64,000 nt of DNA, from the NCBI GenBank assembly GCA_050084515.1, contig CM114271.1, positions 22,134,001-22,198,000 of the forward strand. The letters run 5' to 3'. Source of the stretch: Blasia pusilla. Lineage: Eukaryota. Made by a program: the position numbers and the translations under genes. The notes below the pieces were generated by a model. That model searched no databases, was not told the DNA's origin, and saw only the letters and a program-made list of their open reading frames with translations. Shown here piece by piece: positions 12,272 to 24,195 of this stretch. Each line of letters starts with the position of its first letter. The stretch's first letter is position 1.

Positions 12272-15200
12272 ATGGAGTATTCCTCTACAACAATCATAGG
12301 CGAGAAGCTAGATAAGCAGAATTACAATATCTAGAAGTTTCGCATGAAAAAATTTCTCATGGGTCAAGAACTATGGGAGCTTGTCATATATGATGAGGCC
12401 AAGCCAGAAGGTGACTCTCCAGACTTGAATGTTCGTGCCTGGAACAAACGCGCAAGACAAGTAATCCACTACATTTCAATAACGATCAGTTTTCCAATGA
12501 TATGTCATATTCAAGATGTTGATACTTTGAAGAAGACCTGGGATGCATTGGAAAAGCTGTTCCACACATCTACCAAGACCAGAAAGGTTTAATTGAAACA
12601 GCAATTGAACGAAGTGAGGAAAGGATCTTGGAGCATCAATGATTATATTTTGAGTATCAAACACAATGTTGATCAGTTGAATAACATTGGACTGACAGTA
12701 GAAGATGATGATCTCATTTTGTTCACTCTTCAAGGCCTTCCAAAGGATAACAAGTCCTTTGAGACCTCTATCTCTGTAAGAGAAAAGTATCCAACCTTTC
12801 AAGAGTTAGTTCCTCTGTTAATCACTGAAGAGATGCGCCTAGTAGGCAGCGGTATCTCGTCTAGTCTGCAAGAGAGTGCGATATTTGCAAGTTATGGATC
12901 AAACAAAGGTAGGGGTTATGGCAAAAATTTTTGTGGTCATGGTGGATATCAAGCATATGGAGGAAGAGGCACTCAATATAACGTCCCTCAATCAACTACG
13001 AACCAGTACTAGACATAATCACAAAGTGGTGATGGTGGAAATCGTAGAGGTCAAGATCAGCAGCAAAGGGTCCTTGGATCTTGCAATTATTGTGGGATAA
13101 AAGCTCACTATGCAAAGTTTTGCTTCAAGAAGAAGGCACATATGAGAATAGGAGCCTTACAACGACAAAACTATGTGGAGCAACAACACCAAGAGTAGTA
13201 CCAAGAACAACAACATTCACAAACGGAACATATCTTGGTCATGACTCGTCATATGGGAGCAATGGTCAAGAAAGACTCGACAACAGATTGGTACATTGAC
13301 TCTGATGCATCAAATCACATGACCTCACAAGCTAAATGGTTCAGTAGTTTGGAGCCGGTGAATGATCCTTCAATTGTTCTCATAGGAGATGACACTCAAC
13401 ATCATATCATGCATACCGGTAAAGCTCCAATAGCATCATATGGTCTTCGGGCTTTTGGAAATGTTCTCTATGTTCCTACCATTGCAAGAAACCTGATCTC
13501 TATAGGAGAGATAGTAGAACAGGATTATCAAGTGAAGTTTAACACAGATTGTTGTTTCATTCAAACAATGGATGACTAGACTACGATAGCCAAAGGAACT
13601 AGATCTGGAAGAATGTTCAAATTAGATGTTTCTATGCTAAAGATTCAAATAGCAATGTATGGTCAAACCAACCAACAAGTCACAAATCTAAATGTGTGGC
13701 ATAAAAGAATTCGACGTATGAATCTTCAAAGATTACAGAGTCTTTCATCATCTAATATAGTAATATGACTCCCTAAATTAGCAAGTCTTGCTACGTTAGA
13801 GGTATGTCCTGCTTGCTAATTTGGAAAACAAACTAGATTTCCTTTTCTAAAGCAAGATAGAAGAGCATCCAGGATATTGGAGTTGATCCACAGTGACAAC
13901 ATCACAACATAGCCTTAGTGGTTGCCAGTACTATCTTTCATTTATTGATGACTTCTCTAGGTATATATGGGTATACTTTCTAAAAGCTAAGTCAGAGGTA
14001 TTCTCAATGTTCCAAACATTGAAAGTTCTAGTAGAGAAGCAAACTGGAGAACACATTCTGAAATTGGAGGAGAGTATGTCATGACCATACGGATTATGTC
14101 GTAGAGTATAGTGTGCTAGTAGAGGCCATATCTTATGTAGGGCCGCAGTCTCTAGGTAGAGATGCGATTTCATACATAGGGTTGGGGGTTACTCAGTTGA
14201 GGGTGACTTTTCCAGTAGGGCCCGCTCTTAGGTTGGAGGATATAAGGTGGAGTACACTCAAAGAACAGTTAGTTCTTTGAGTTGAGCCTGTTGCGTTGGG
14301 AGTTAGCCTTGGTAGTGAGTAGAGCTCTTGGCTATGGTGTTTTCCGCAAGCTTCGACCTAGATTCTCCCATCGTGGAGTGGGTTTGGCTTGATTCTATGT
14401 GATTCTATACGTGTTTTATGAGAGTAGGTCTTTCACGAATTTCTAGTTGTGGTACACTTGTGTTTGTGGATGCTCTCGTCTATGTTATGTATGTATGTGA
14501 GTATGATATGTCAGCGATGTATGTTGTATGACGATGTGGACTCGCACGACAAGTATCTTTCAATAGAGTTTGATGACTATTTACTTCAGAATGGCATCCA
14601 ACGTCAAGTGACTTGTCGTTATACTCCACAAGAAAATGGAGTGGCTAAGAGAAATAATCAACATATTTATGAGGTGGCACAAGCTATGCTCAATGAGAAG
14701 AACATACCTAAGGTGTATTAGGCAGAGGCTATAGCATGTGTAGTCTTCTTAATCAACCAAACTCTAACAGTAGGAGTTCATGATAAAACTCCATTCGAAG
14801 TCTTCATAGGAAGTAAACTTGATTTTTCCTTCTTGAAAGTTTTTGGTTGTATTTATTATGCTCATGTTCCTTGTGAGAGACATTAAAAATTAAACCCCAA
14901 GTCTAAAAGATGTATCTTCATTGGCTATGCTGATGGAACTAAGAGGTGTAAGTGCTACATTCCATCCTCTAGGCAGCTTATTATTAGTCAGGATGTTGTC
15001 TTTGATGAGCTAAAGTCATGGTATGCTCCATCTGAGCCTATTCCATCTCTAAACTTGACTATTGAGGGGGAGAATATGACTTTAAACCAACAGACATTGT
15101 CTTCAACTTTCCCAAGTACTAGTACAGGATTAGGAGAGGCCCACGATTCTTCAGTTAAATCTATGAGTCTATGGACGGGAAGAGTACGTATTCAGACTCT

Positions 15201-16911
15201 TGACACTAATCAGAGCTTGAATCAGGTGTCAGAGGCATCTACCTTCAAACAACAACTTCGTAGATCAAGTAGAGTTACACATCCAATTCATAGATTCATA
15301 AATGAACGTTTCATTGCGATACATCATGCATATATAATAACTACCCTTCAAGAATAGGAGTCGAGTTGTTTTGAAGAAGCTGCAAGTAAAGTCGAATGGA
15401 TTGAAGCTATGGAGGAAGAGCTTGCTGCATTAAGACATCAACAAACATGGGAGCTTGTTGATATACCTTCTGATAAATAAGCTATTGGTTGCAAATGGGT
15501 TTACAAAATCAAGCGCAATCAAGATGATACAATTAACACGTACAAAGTGAGATTGGTGGCTAAGGGCTATGCACAATAATATGGCATCGATTATGAAGAA
15601 ATATTTAGCCATGTTGCAAAGATGGCGACTACAAGAACAATGGTTGCAGTTGCAGTAAGTAAGAGGAGGAGATTACATCACATGGACGTCAAGAATGCCT
15701 TCTTGAATGGAGAACTATACGAGGAGGTATATATGACTCAACCACCTGGATACGAGCATCCCAAGTTTCCATTTCGCGTATGCAGGTTGAAGAAAACTCT
15801 ATACGGGATCAAAGAAGCTCCAAGAGCTTGGTATGGCAAGATTACATACGTCCTACAAGAATTGGATTTTAGGGTATGTGATTCAGACTCCTCGTTATAT
15901 GTCTTGAGGACAAGATCATAAGATTCTCATTGTGTTGTATGTTGACGATCTCCTGATTATTGGGAGTACTGAAGAAATGGTACAACAAGTCAAGCTTAAG
16001 TAACAAGCAAAATTTGATATGAAGGACTTGGGAGAACTCAAGTACTTCCTTGGTATAGAGTTTATCAAGGTTGGAGAAAGCATGTGCTTACTGCAACGAC
16101 TATATGCTCTTTATATGCTTTCAAAATATGGTATGACGACTTATAAGCCAATCTCTACACCGTTGGACCAGAGTATGAAGCTAAGAATGGATGAAGGAGA
16201 GTTGATTGCAGATTCTAATATGTATAGGCGCATGGTTGGAAGTTTCATCTATCTAACTATAACTAGACCAGATTTGAGCTATGTTGTTGGCCTAGTGAGC
16301 GAGTTTATGCAAGCACCTTGAAAACCTCACCTTGATGTTGTGAGGAGGATTATGCGATATGTGAAATTCTCTATTCAATTCGGGCTTCAATTTGAACCTT
16401 CTCCGAGTTTTCAATTACAAGGTTTCACAGATGCTGATTGGGCAGGAAGCGTGTCTGATCGACACTCCACATATGGTTATTCATTTACTTTGGGAAGCGT
16501 AGCTATAAGTTGGGCTTTAAAGAAGTAACCTACAATTGCTTTATCTTCAACAGAAGTTGAGTACATAGGAGCAACCAATGCAACATATGAGGCAGTGTGG
16601 CTTCATCGATTACTTGTTGAGATTGGTGTTAGTAACTTAGGACTAGTGTAATATATGCAGAAAATATTAGTAGCATCAAGCTTGCTAATAACCATGTGTT
16701 TCATGCTCGTACAAAGCATGTTGAGGTGCACTATCATTTTATCAGAGAGAAAGTGCTTGCACGAGAAATTGATCTTGTGTATATAGGTACAGATCAGCAA
16801 ATTGCTGACATCTTTACAAAAGCATTGTCTAGAGATAAGTTTGAGATGTTTAGAAATGATTTAGGCGTTAGAGTTATCGATATGAGCTTGAGGGGGAGTA
16901 TTGAAGATTGA
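12272..16911 (+). pseudogene. Copia gag-pol polyprotein (stops and frameshifts; integrase interrupted at 14077-14551)
   Basis: ORF fragments 12344-13579, 13893-14084 and 14552-16911 with Copia motifs. Confidence 0.92.
14077..14551 (+). mobile_element. Solo A+B terminal unit of Gypsy-DNMT family II, inserted in the Copia integrase
   Basis: TGTCATGACC...GCACGACA, homologous to 33478-33950 (minus). Flanked by AGTA/AGTA. Removing it with one TSD copy restores Copia IN GGEYLSIEF. Confidence 0.93.
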
Positions 16912-17210
16912 GTTACAGCTAAGCTCATGAGACACCTGAACTGCTATATTTGGTACTCACACGAAGTAGGGAAGCTTAATCTTGGTTAGTCATTTAAGCA
17001 CGATTATCTTAACTAAGGTTAGTTAATCACAATAAGTCTAACTCGAGACTTTGGTTAAGGTTAGGGTTATGGTTGCTTGTACATATCCTATATAATTGAG
17101 AAGAGGACCAGCCTCCACTCATTCTCTCATTGCAAATTTTGTTCTCCATAGTGGTGTGTGTGTGTGAGAGCTGTTTCCCACCAGTTATGCTTCTTTAGCA
17201 ATTTTCCACA
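16899..17210 (+). repeat. Copia 3' LTR
   Basis: Follows the PPT, direct repeat of 11444-11755, ends ...TTCCACA. Confidence 0.93.
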
Positions 17211-20200
17211 ACACCTCTCCTCCACAGAATGATGCGGCTACCATGATACTCCTCTCCATAGAAATTTCAAGAACAGGAGCGTCCTTTGCATGGACTGTCC
17301 CTCAATCAAATCACTAGGCCAAGTGATGGCGCTGCTAAATGTTGCTAAGATCGCCATCTCTCCTAGCCGTCGCTCGATCACTCCACCGATGAATTGAACA
17401 AGAAATAAGCTAAGGCGCCCTTCACCTAACTGCCATCTTGGTCTGTAGGATGCTAACTCCTCCCTGTAATCCAGGGAAATCCATATCGGGTACAATACTG
17501 CGCCACCAACCAAGACGTCGTAGGACTCTCCATCGGTCACTATCGCCTTGGCTCGCACCAGGCCCTCATCTGTAGGATGTGTCGGGAGAATCCTCACCAA
17601 AACCTGCTATCGGGTGATATATTGTGTGGTACTCATTCCATCCAAGGATATCTGTATTCGGAATGGACAATGCTCCACATGCGCTCTCGTCAAGCCCAAT
17701 CCTCTGAATGACACTTTCCCCAACATCAGGGATTGCGCTCCTTAATCCAACAAGATGCGCAGCGGACTAAGAACACTACCTCCTGGACTCACCAACTCAA
17801 AGACCTCTCCCCGGTTATCCAGCAATACAACATGAGGAGAAGCCATGGCACGCTCTATCGTGGATCTAGCGAGCATCTCCGCCATCCTAGCTGTCGCGGC
17901 CCGACCTGGACGGCCCGAGCATAGGCTCCAAGGGCAGGTTCATCACCTCTTATGCAATCACCCCTGAGTGTGACGCAAGAACACCAACTCTTTGGTCACA
18001 TAGCGTATACATAGCGGCGAGCTGAAAAACCTCCGCGGGCATTTCTCCCAACGTCATAACATCGAAAGCAGAAAATAAAGAAGCACGGTATAGAAGAGTG
18101 GCCCTCCCCAACAACGTGCTCGACAGATGCTCTTCCTGAGCATCAGAAATAGGGGTCGTTGCACTAGCTTCTCCCATCGCCCTCCGTGCCTGCACACCAA
18201 TAACATCACCAACTCTCTGGGAACTCTGATCAGGACCCATCAATGGGGTCTTCATCGCCTAAAACAATGTGAAAGATTGAGGAAGCATGGTCTGTTTCCT
18301 TGCTTTCCCCCTCTGTGGATCCAACTCGGCAACGGCTCCACGTGTTACAACAGCGGCGGCCTCCATTTGGGAAACCCCGCACATCCAACCAGGATCCTCC
18401 ATATCTCTGGCTGCTCCATATGACGTCGATGCCAGTGATCCAGCATCGGATAGTCTCAATGCCATAGTGGCAATCTGCTATTGTGGCTTCTGTATCTAAG
18501 CAACCATCCTAGCTTCACGCCCGGCGTCTACCTTGACGCGTTTAGGTGGTGGAACTCTACCTCTTCCACGGGCAACTCCACCATCCCCTCGGGAAACTCC
18601 AGCTCCTCGTTCCCCAACGGGACCACCTAGTGCATGAACCCTGGGCCCACCATGACCGGCAACTCGCTAGGGTGCCCTCTTTGGCCCTCGGTCCGGACGT
18701 AACTCAAGGTGTAGGCAGAAATACCTGGTGTGACCGAACTTCAGACAATAGTCACACTGATAACCTCCTGATGCAGCACCATCTCCTCCTCCCTGCTCGG
18801 GCGCGTGTCCATGACCGTGACGGGTGCAATCGCACTGGTGATGGGCTCCGCCACATGCCCAACAAACAATCGTAGGCAGTTGCTGCTGAGCCGCATATGA
18901 GGGCGCATGTCTCTGTGGCACGGCCTCTCGATATCCTCCCTGAGCTTGTCGTGCCACAAACCTATCTTGGAATCCACGTTGCTGCCCTGGTGGTGCAGAC
19001 AGTCGTGACTGCCCTCGCCCAAAACTCATGGCTACGCTCTCCTCCGCCATGTTGCACTCAATGTTCTCGGTGGTCCTAAGAACATCTCTCAACGTAGGTA
19101 AGGTGTTCATAAGAAGCACCCCCTCCCATACATGTGTTCGCAGGGTTCGATCCAGCATCGCCTAGCATGATTGGATAGCCTAGGACTCTTTCACCTCCTC
19201 AGTGATGTTAATCAACCAGCATAAGCGGGTGCAGGTCTCACACAAACTCTCACCCGGGCGCCTCTAGAAGTCGTGGATGCTCCGCAACTTCTCCATCCCT
19301 ATCCCCTCGTAGTTCGTCCGCAACTCAGCAAAGAACTCAACCACGGGGTTGAACCTGGGATGAACCCAACCCGACTGGACGGTGCAACTGCTCCAATGAG
19401 ACTTATCCCTCCTAAAACATCATTGGTGGAAGAGGAAGTTGCCTTTTCCTCCTCATATAGGAACGGCTCCGTCCATGACACATAGTGTGGATCATAGTAG
19501 AGTCGCCATACCTCAATCTCAGAGAACTCATGGTAATCGTCTATGGGTGCCCCCTCTAGGTGCTAGAACATACCGCTCCATGCTGTGAATAGGTTGAACT
19601 CTCTAGAATTCCTAGCCCAGTGTGAGTCACACCAACTCCTAAACTCCGCAATGAAGTCGTAGGCTCTATAGTGCCAATAGCACCCGTAAACCTATGTGGT
19701 CCTCTACCCCAATCTTCCATCTCATACGCCCAACTGGTAGGACCACTCAATGTGTGTGGTGATGTACTAACAAACTACTCTACACTCTCCCCCTTGTCTG
19801 AAGACGACACAAAAGGAGATCGAGGTGGTCCCTCACATGGAGACCCTCGAAACCTCACGCCACTCCGCATTAACCCTCTAGAGCTACTCTCAGGTCCACC
19901 ACCTCGCCTCTTAAAATTTTGAAAGGACGTCGTGATGACCCTCGTGCCCCTCTCACGCAATCACTCTAAATCTTGCGAGTAATCACTCTATCACTCAACT
20001 AAAATGCGGCACTCAATCTGCACTCTCTTAGTGAGACGTGTGGTGTGCCGCAACAAGCGGCGTGGTGCGGCAAATCAACTACTATTGTCTCATCAAAAAA
20101 ACATACCCTCAACTTTGGACATCCCACACACGTGTATGTCCCCTAAACCATACATCAATGATACTCTCTCCATCAACACGAAACCCAATATCCCAAATAA

Positions 20201-21537
20201 CTACCCAATACCCGGAAATCCCTAACACGTGCACGGAAAAAGACCATGATGGGTAACCTGAAAATAATGTCGATGTTGCTCCTCAGCAACCGTAAATCTT
20301 GACCACAACTCGATTGTGAAGACAAACTTCTCCAAATAGCACGTTGTACTCCCCTGGTAGTGACGATGCTCAAATCTCCTTGATGTGCGGTGTGGGTCCA
20401 ACGATATGGTGCGGCACTAGCGGCACGAAATGGCTACAAACGGCTCGGGAATGGGGTGCGGCACTCAACGGCATATCCTCCTCAACAGTAATACAAAATC
20501 TGCGGTGAGGGTGCAGCTCCATGATAGAGATGGTGCGGTGCGGCCACGAGCAGTAGGACGCGGAAATCTCCTGCGCGTTGCGACTACGGGCTTCCACCTC
20601 AAGACATAGCAAGCCGGGAAGAGAAATGCGACCCCATCAATCCAAAAAGGTCACCGTCCAATTAACAACGGTGAAGAACGCCGTCGACGGCGGCCAACGG
20701 ACGGAGCAAGGACGGCCCCTATGGACAATGAAAGTCAATAGTAATTACAATATCTTTCATGTGGGTAAAAATGGTTCTACTTTGGCCTTATTCAAAAATT
20801 GAAAGTTCTTTGTTTTTTCCCACTCCACTAACTCCTTAAACTAAGGGTCAACTCACTAAAATTACTCACATTTAGCTTATACTCCACTAAGCCCTATAAA
20901 TATTGGGTCAACACCCACTAAATAAAGTTTCCACTCACTTTAACCTCAAGATCCTAAGTTTCACTTGTCCTTTCTCCACTAATAAAAGATATTTTTTAAA
21001 ATTTTCTACCTCACCTAAAAATTTACCAAGAATTTTGAAATTTGCTCCTTCCTCATACGGTGGCTATGGCAGCTCCACAAAAATGATCATTACTTCTTGC
21101 TCCCATGTTCAAATTGTGCATAGTTTCCCAATCTACAACATTGTTAAATCAGCTTCTTCATACAACCTTCCAATAAAAACTCACAAGGATTGTCATGCAT
21201 CCCTTCAATCTGCACTCCTACAAAAACTTCAATAGCGCTTCCGCGCTGATTTCTCCCAACAAAAATTGCAAACCTGTAAACACAACAACCAGCAAGCTAG
21301 AAGGTACTCCCAAGAGCACTAGCATGGGACAAAAAATCCCCATACTCAATTTCTAACAAAATTTTGGCAACGCTTCCGTGTGCCACTCTCCCGTACAAAA
21401 AATCATCAAAGGAATCAGCAAAATTGAGCGGCTCTTGCTCTGGTGAGCACTCCCATGAACTGCTGAATGGGGAATACAGTCCCCAACCTGCAACAAGAGC
21501 GAGTGACCAGCAAGCTCCCCCATTGAAACTCTCTTTG

Positions 21538-22046
21538 TAAATCAAGTAGATCTCTCATCAACATCTCACACCAAGCTCTCCTTGGTATACACTCTCTCTC
21601 ATGTCAAACCAAACCCACTCTCCTAATGAGAGGCTTAGGTTACACACACAAGGCAAGGAGGACCATACCTTCGCCGCCTCATGCCAAGAGGTTCAACAAA
21701 GAGAGAATGAGCTTTGAAGCTCTCTCTCTTGGAGATATACCCCCTTCCCTCTCTCAAGCTCTCTCCTCGGTAACCTATGCTTGCAGGTCACCTCCTTGGC
21801 TCTTGACTAGCTATAGCGGGTCAAAGGTCACTTCCCAAAGTGGAAAGTCAACTATACTCCAATGGAAACTTACTCGAAATAGTGAGTTTCTCTATATGAC
21901 TCCAAATGCACCAAAAAAAAGGGAAAACCTTATGTCTCAGGTTACCCGTGGCCTCAGCAGATCCTCCTCAACCTCTTGAGGCTCTTCTCTAGTATCTCTG
22001 AAGGCGCTCTACTAGATCTCGCTGATCTATCCTAAAAGTGGTGACA
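21538..22046 (-). repeat. 5' terminal repeat A1 of copy 2 (no B segment)
   Basis: Homology to A2 of copies 1 and 4 stops at ...TGATTTA, exactly where B2 begins in those copies. Confidence 0.9.
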
Positions 22047-22833
22047 CAAGACTAGTGGAGATGTTGCATGGAGAGCATGCATGTGTTAATGTCATGCCTG
22101 CCTAGAAGGATGTGCATGGCAACTAGACGGATAGGCAGATGTGTGGAGATTACCGCCCTATCAATCCGCAGACAAAGTTCAATAGGTATGCCATGCCCAC
22201 CCGTGAGGAGATCTTTGATGCTATTGGGCATGCAAAGGTCTTCAGTTTGTTAGATCTTTGAGCCAGATACCATCAAGTGCTTACCAGATTGGATGATAGG
22301 CAGAAGACGGTATTTTGGGGCATTGATCCTCACGGGAAGGATTGTTTGTACCAGTGGCTTACTATTTGGGTTAAAGAACACTCCGCTTGAGTTTCAAAGG
22401 GTTATGGATAAGATCTTGGTAGGTCTGGATTTTTCTAGATGTTATATTGATGACATCGTAGTCCTTAGCGTCACGGTTGAGGAGCATGAGCGACATCTAG
22501 AGGAGGTGCTTCGACGATTGGAGTTACATGGGTTCAAGCTACATCCATGCAAGTGCAAGTTCTTCTATGACCAGATTGAGTACCTAGGTCACACGATATA
22601 CCTAGGTGGCCTTGGTGTGCAACAGATGAAGGTAGAGGCTATTACACGCATTCCATGCCTTACAGATGTGAGTTGAGTTTTTGCATTCATGGGATTGGCA
22701 AACTTCTATCGATAGTACGTCAAGGGTTTCAGTTCGATTGTGAAGCCGTTGTCTTTGCTGACCAAGGTGGATTAGGAGTGGCAATGGGAGGATGAGTAGG
22801 AGAGAGCATTTGAGCTGCTCAAGGACACATTGA

Positions 22834-24195
22834 CACTAGTACAATACCCCCTTCTGGATGACTTTTAAAAATGACTAGATGTTACTCAAACTGGGCTTTT
22901 GTGACTAAGTAATTACTTAACCAGACTATAGTAATAAAAATTACTCCTAGTCATATAAGTTTTTATTGAAACCGAGGGTAGTCATATCTGAGTCTCATTT
23001 TTGTTACTCAACATTGTCACTAAATATGACTTCACCTAGTCATTTTTTATGACAAGGTTAAGTCATAGAAAATTACTAGACGAGTGATAAAGAATGACTC
23101 GTCTTGTCATAAAGAGTGACTGGACGAGTAATAAAGAATGCCTAGACAAGTCATAAATAATGACTAGATGATTCATTGAGAATGACTAGACGAGTCTTTA
23201 AGAATGACTAGACGAGTCTTTAAGAATGACTAGACGAGTTATTAATAATGACTTGACGAGTCAGTAAGGGTGACTACTCAAAGTAACAAATAATGACTTC
23301 ATGCGTCACAAAAGAATGACTCAGAGTCATTAAAATGACTTTTCCATGTCATTTACAATCCTGTTCACTAACAAACAATATGCAAATAACAACTATATTA
23401 GTCATTATGTATGACAGGCTTGCTTTATTGTTAACAAAAATATGTACATAAAATTGGCATTTTTGTCCATTTTGTATCCATGAATATGAATTACTCCTTC
23501 CCACCTATCCTCCCTACACCTATCACTACTTCTCTTACATCCAGGAAATGGAGATGCCATTCTATATCTATTATACAATCCTAATGCTACCAGCATCGTG
23601 TGAAAACATACAAGCACATTACTCATGTACCAACCCACCCTTGTTGTAGCATCTAATAAGATGAGTTTTTCACAGTAAAAAATCCTTATCTGTTGAAAGA
23701 TAGAATTAGAAATGCTTCTTACATCCAATTGTGGCCATAAGTCGAAAGCTACAAAGTGTATCCATACATCCTGAAATGGACTATTTACTTACATGAGAAG
23801 AATTGCCTAGTGAATTATAGTGAATGATGCTTTCTATACTAAATGGAGACTTACATTAAAATCACGCCCGAGTTCTTTGATATAAAACCTGATATTATAT
23901 AGTTTTGCAATTAAGGCCGCTCGATCAATATTTCAAAAGATTGGAACTCTCAAAATCATAGGGTAGGTAACGACGAGTCTCTATATGAAGTCATACTAGC
24001 TATCTAGTAAGCATGTTTAGAGCCTCGACCCTCTTTGTATAAGAAGTGCCTACCCTGCAATCTCCACCAAAATGCCACGGACAACTGTTCAGACAAGAAT
24101 CTCTCATCCGCCAACCTGAAAATAAAATCCAAGAAATATAATCTCTCAAAGGAGTTTGAAGCATGGGATCAACTTTGTGGTGGTAGCAATAGAAC
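22834..24195. mobile_element. Truncated CACTA (En/Spm) DNA transposon end
   Basis: Starts CACTAGTACAA, interrupting copy 4 RNase H. Dense subterminal repeats. No matching opposite TIR; right boundary approximate. Confidence 0.72.
23070..23345 (+). repeat. Tandem subterminal repeats of about 22 bp (AAGAATGACTAGACGAGTCwTw)
   Basis: About a dozen degenerate copies, near-perfect at 23179-23240. Confidence 0.85.

Larger units (their letters stand above)
11444..17210 (+). mobile_element. Ty1/Copia LTR retrotransposon (full-length, degenerate)
   Basis: LTRs 11444-11755 and 16899-17210. PBS TGGTATCGGAAC (tRNA-iMet-like) at 11756. PPT GAGGGGGAG. TSD GCACC/ACACC (4 of 5 match). Order gag-PR(WYIDSDAS)-IN(FIDDFSRY, TPQENGVA)-RT(HMDVKNAFLNG, YVDDLL)-RH(FTDADWAG, IADIFTK). 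Confidence 0.96.
8315..22046 (-). mobile_element. Ty3/Gypsy DNMT retrotransposon, family I copy 2 (interrupted by Copia; 3' part displaced by copy 1)
   Basis: On minus: A1 repeat 21538-22046 (TGTCACC...), long leader, gag about 18300-19750, protease about 17240-17830 (LLD*GAQSLMLG), DNMT about 10290-11270, RT and RNase H about 8500-9900. Breaks off in the RH-IN linker at 8315. Confidence 0.92.

Noticed and set aside
14449-14721. ORF apparently fusing a hydrophobic peptide to integrase (similar case at 33311-33610)
   Set aside because: Chance read-through from the B repeat into the interrupted host element.
23070-23345. Regularly spaced ~22-bp repeats resembling a CRISPR array
   Set aside because: Head-to-tail tandem units with no unique spacers, next to a CACTA terminus in eukaryotic DNA; no cas genes.
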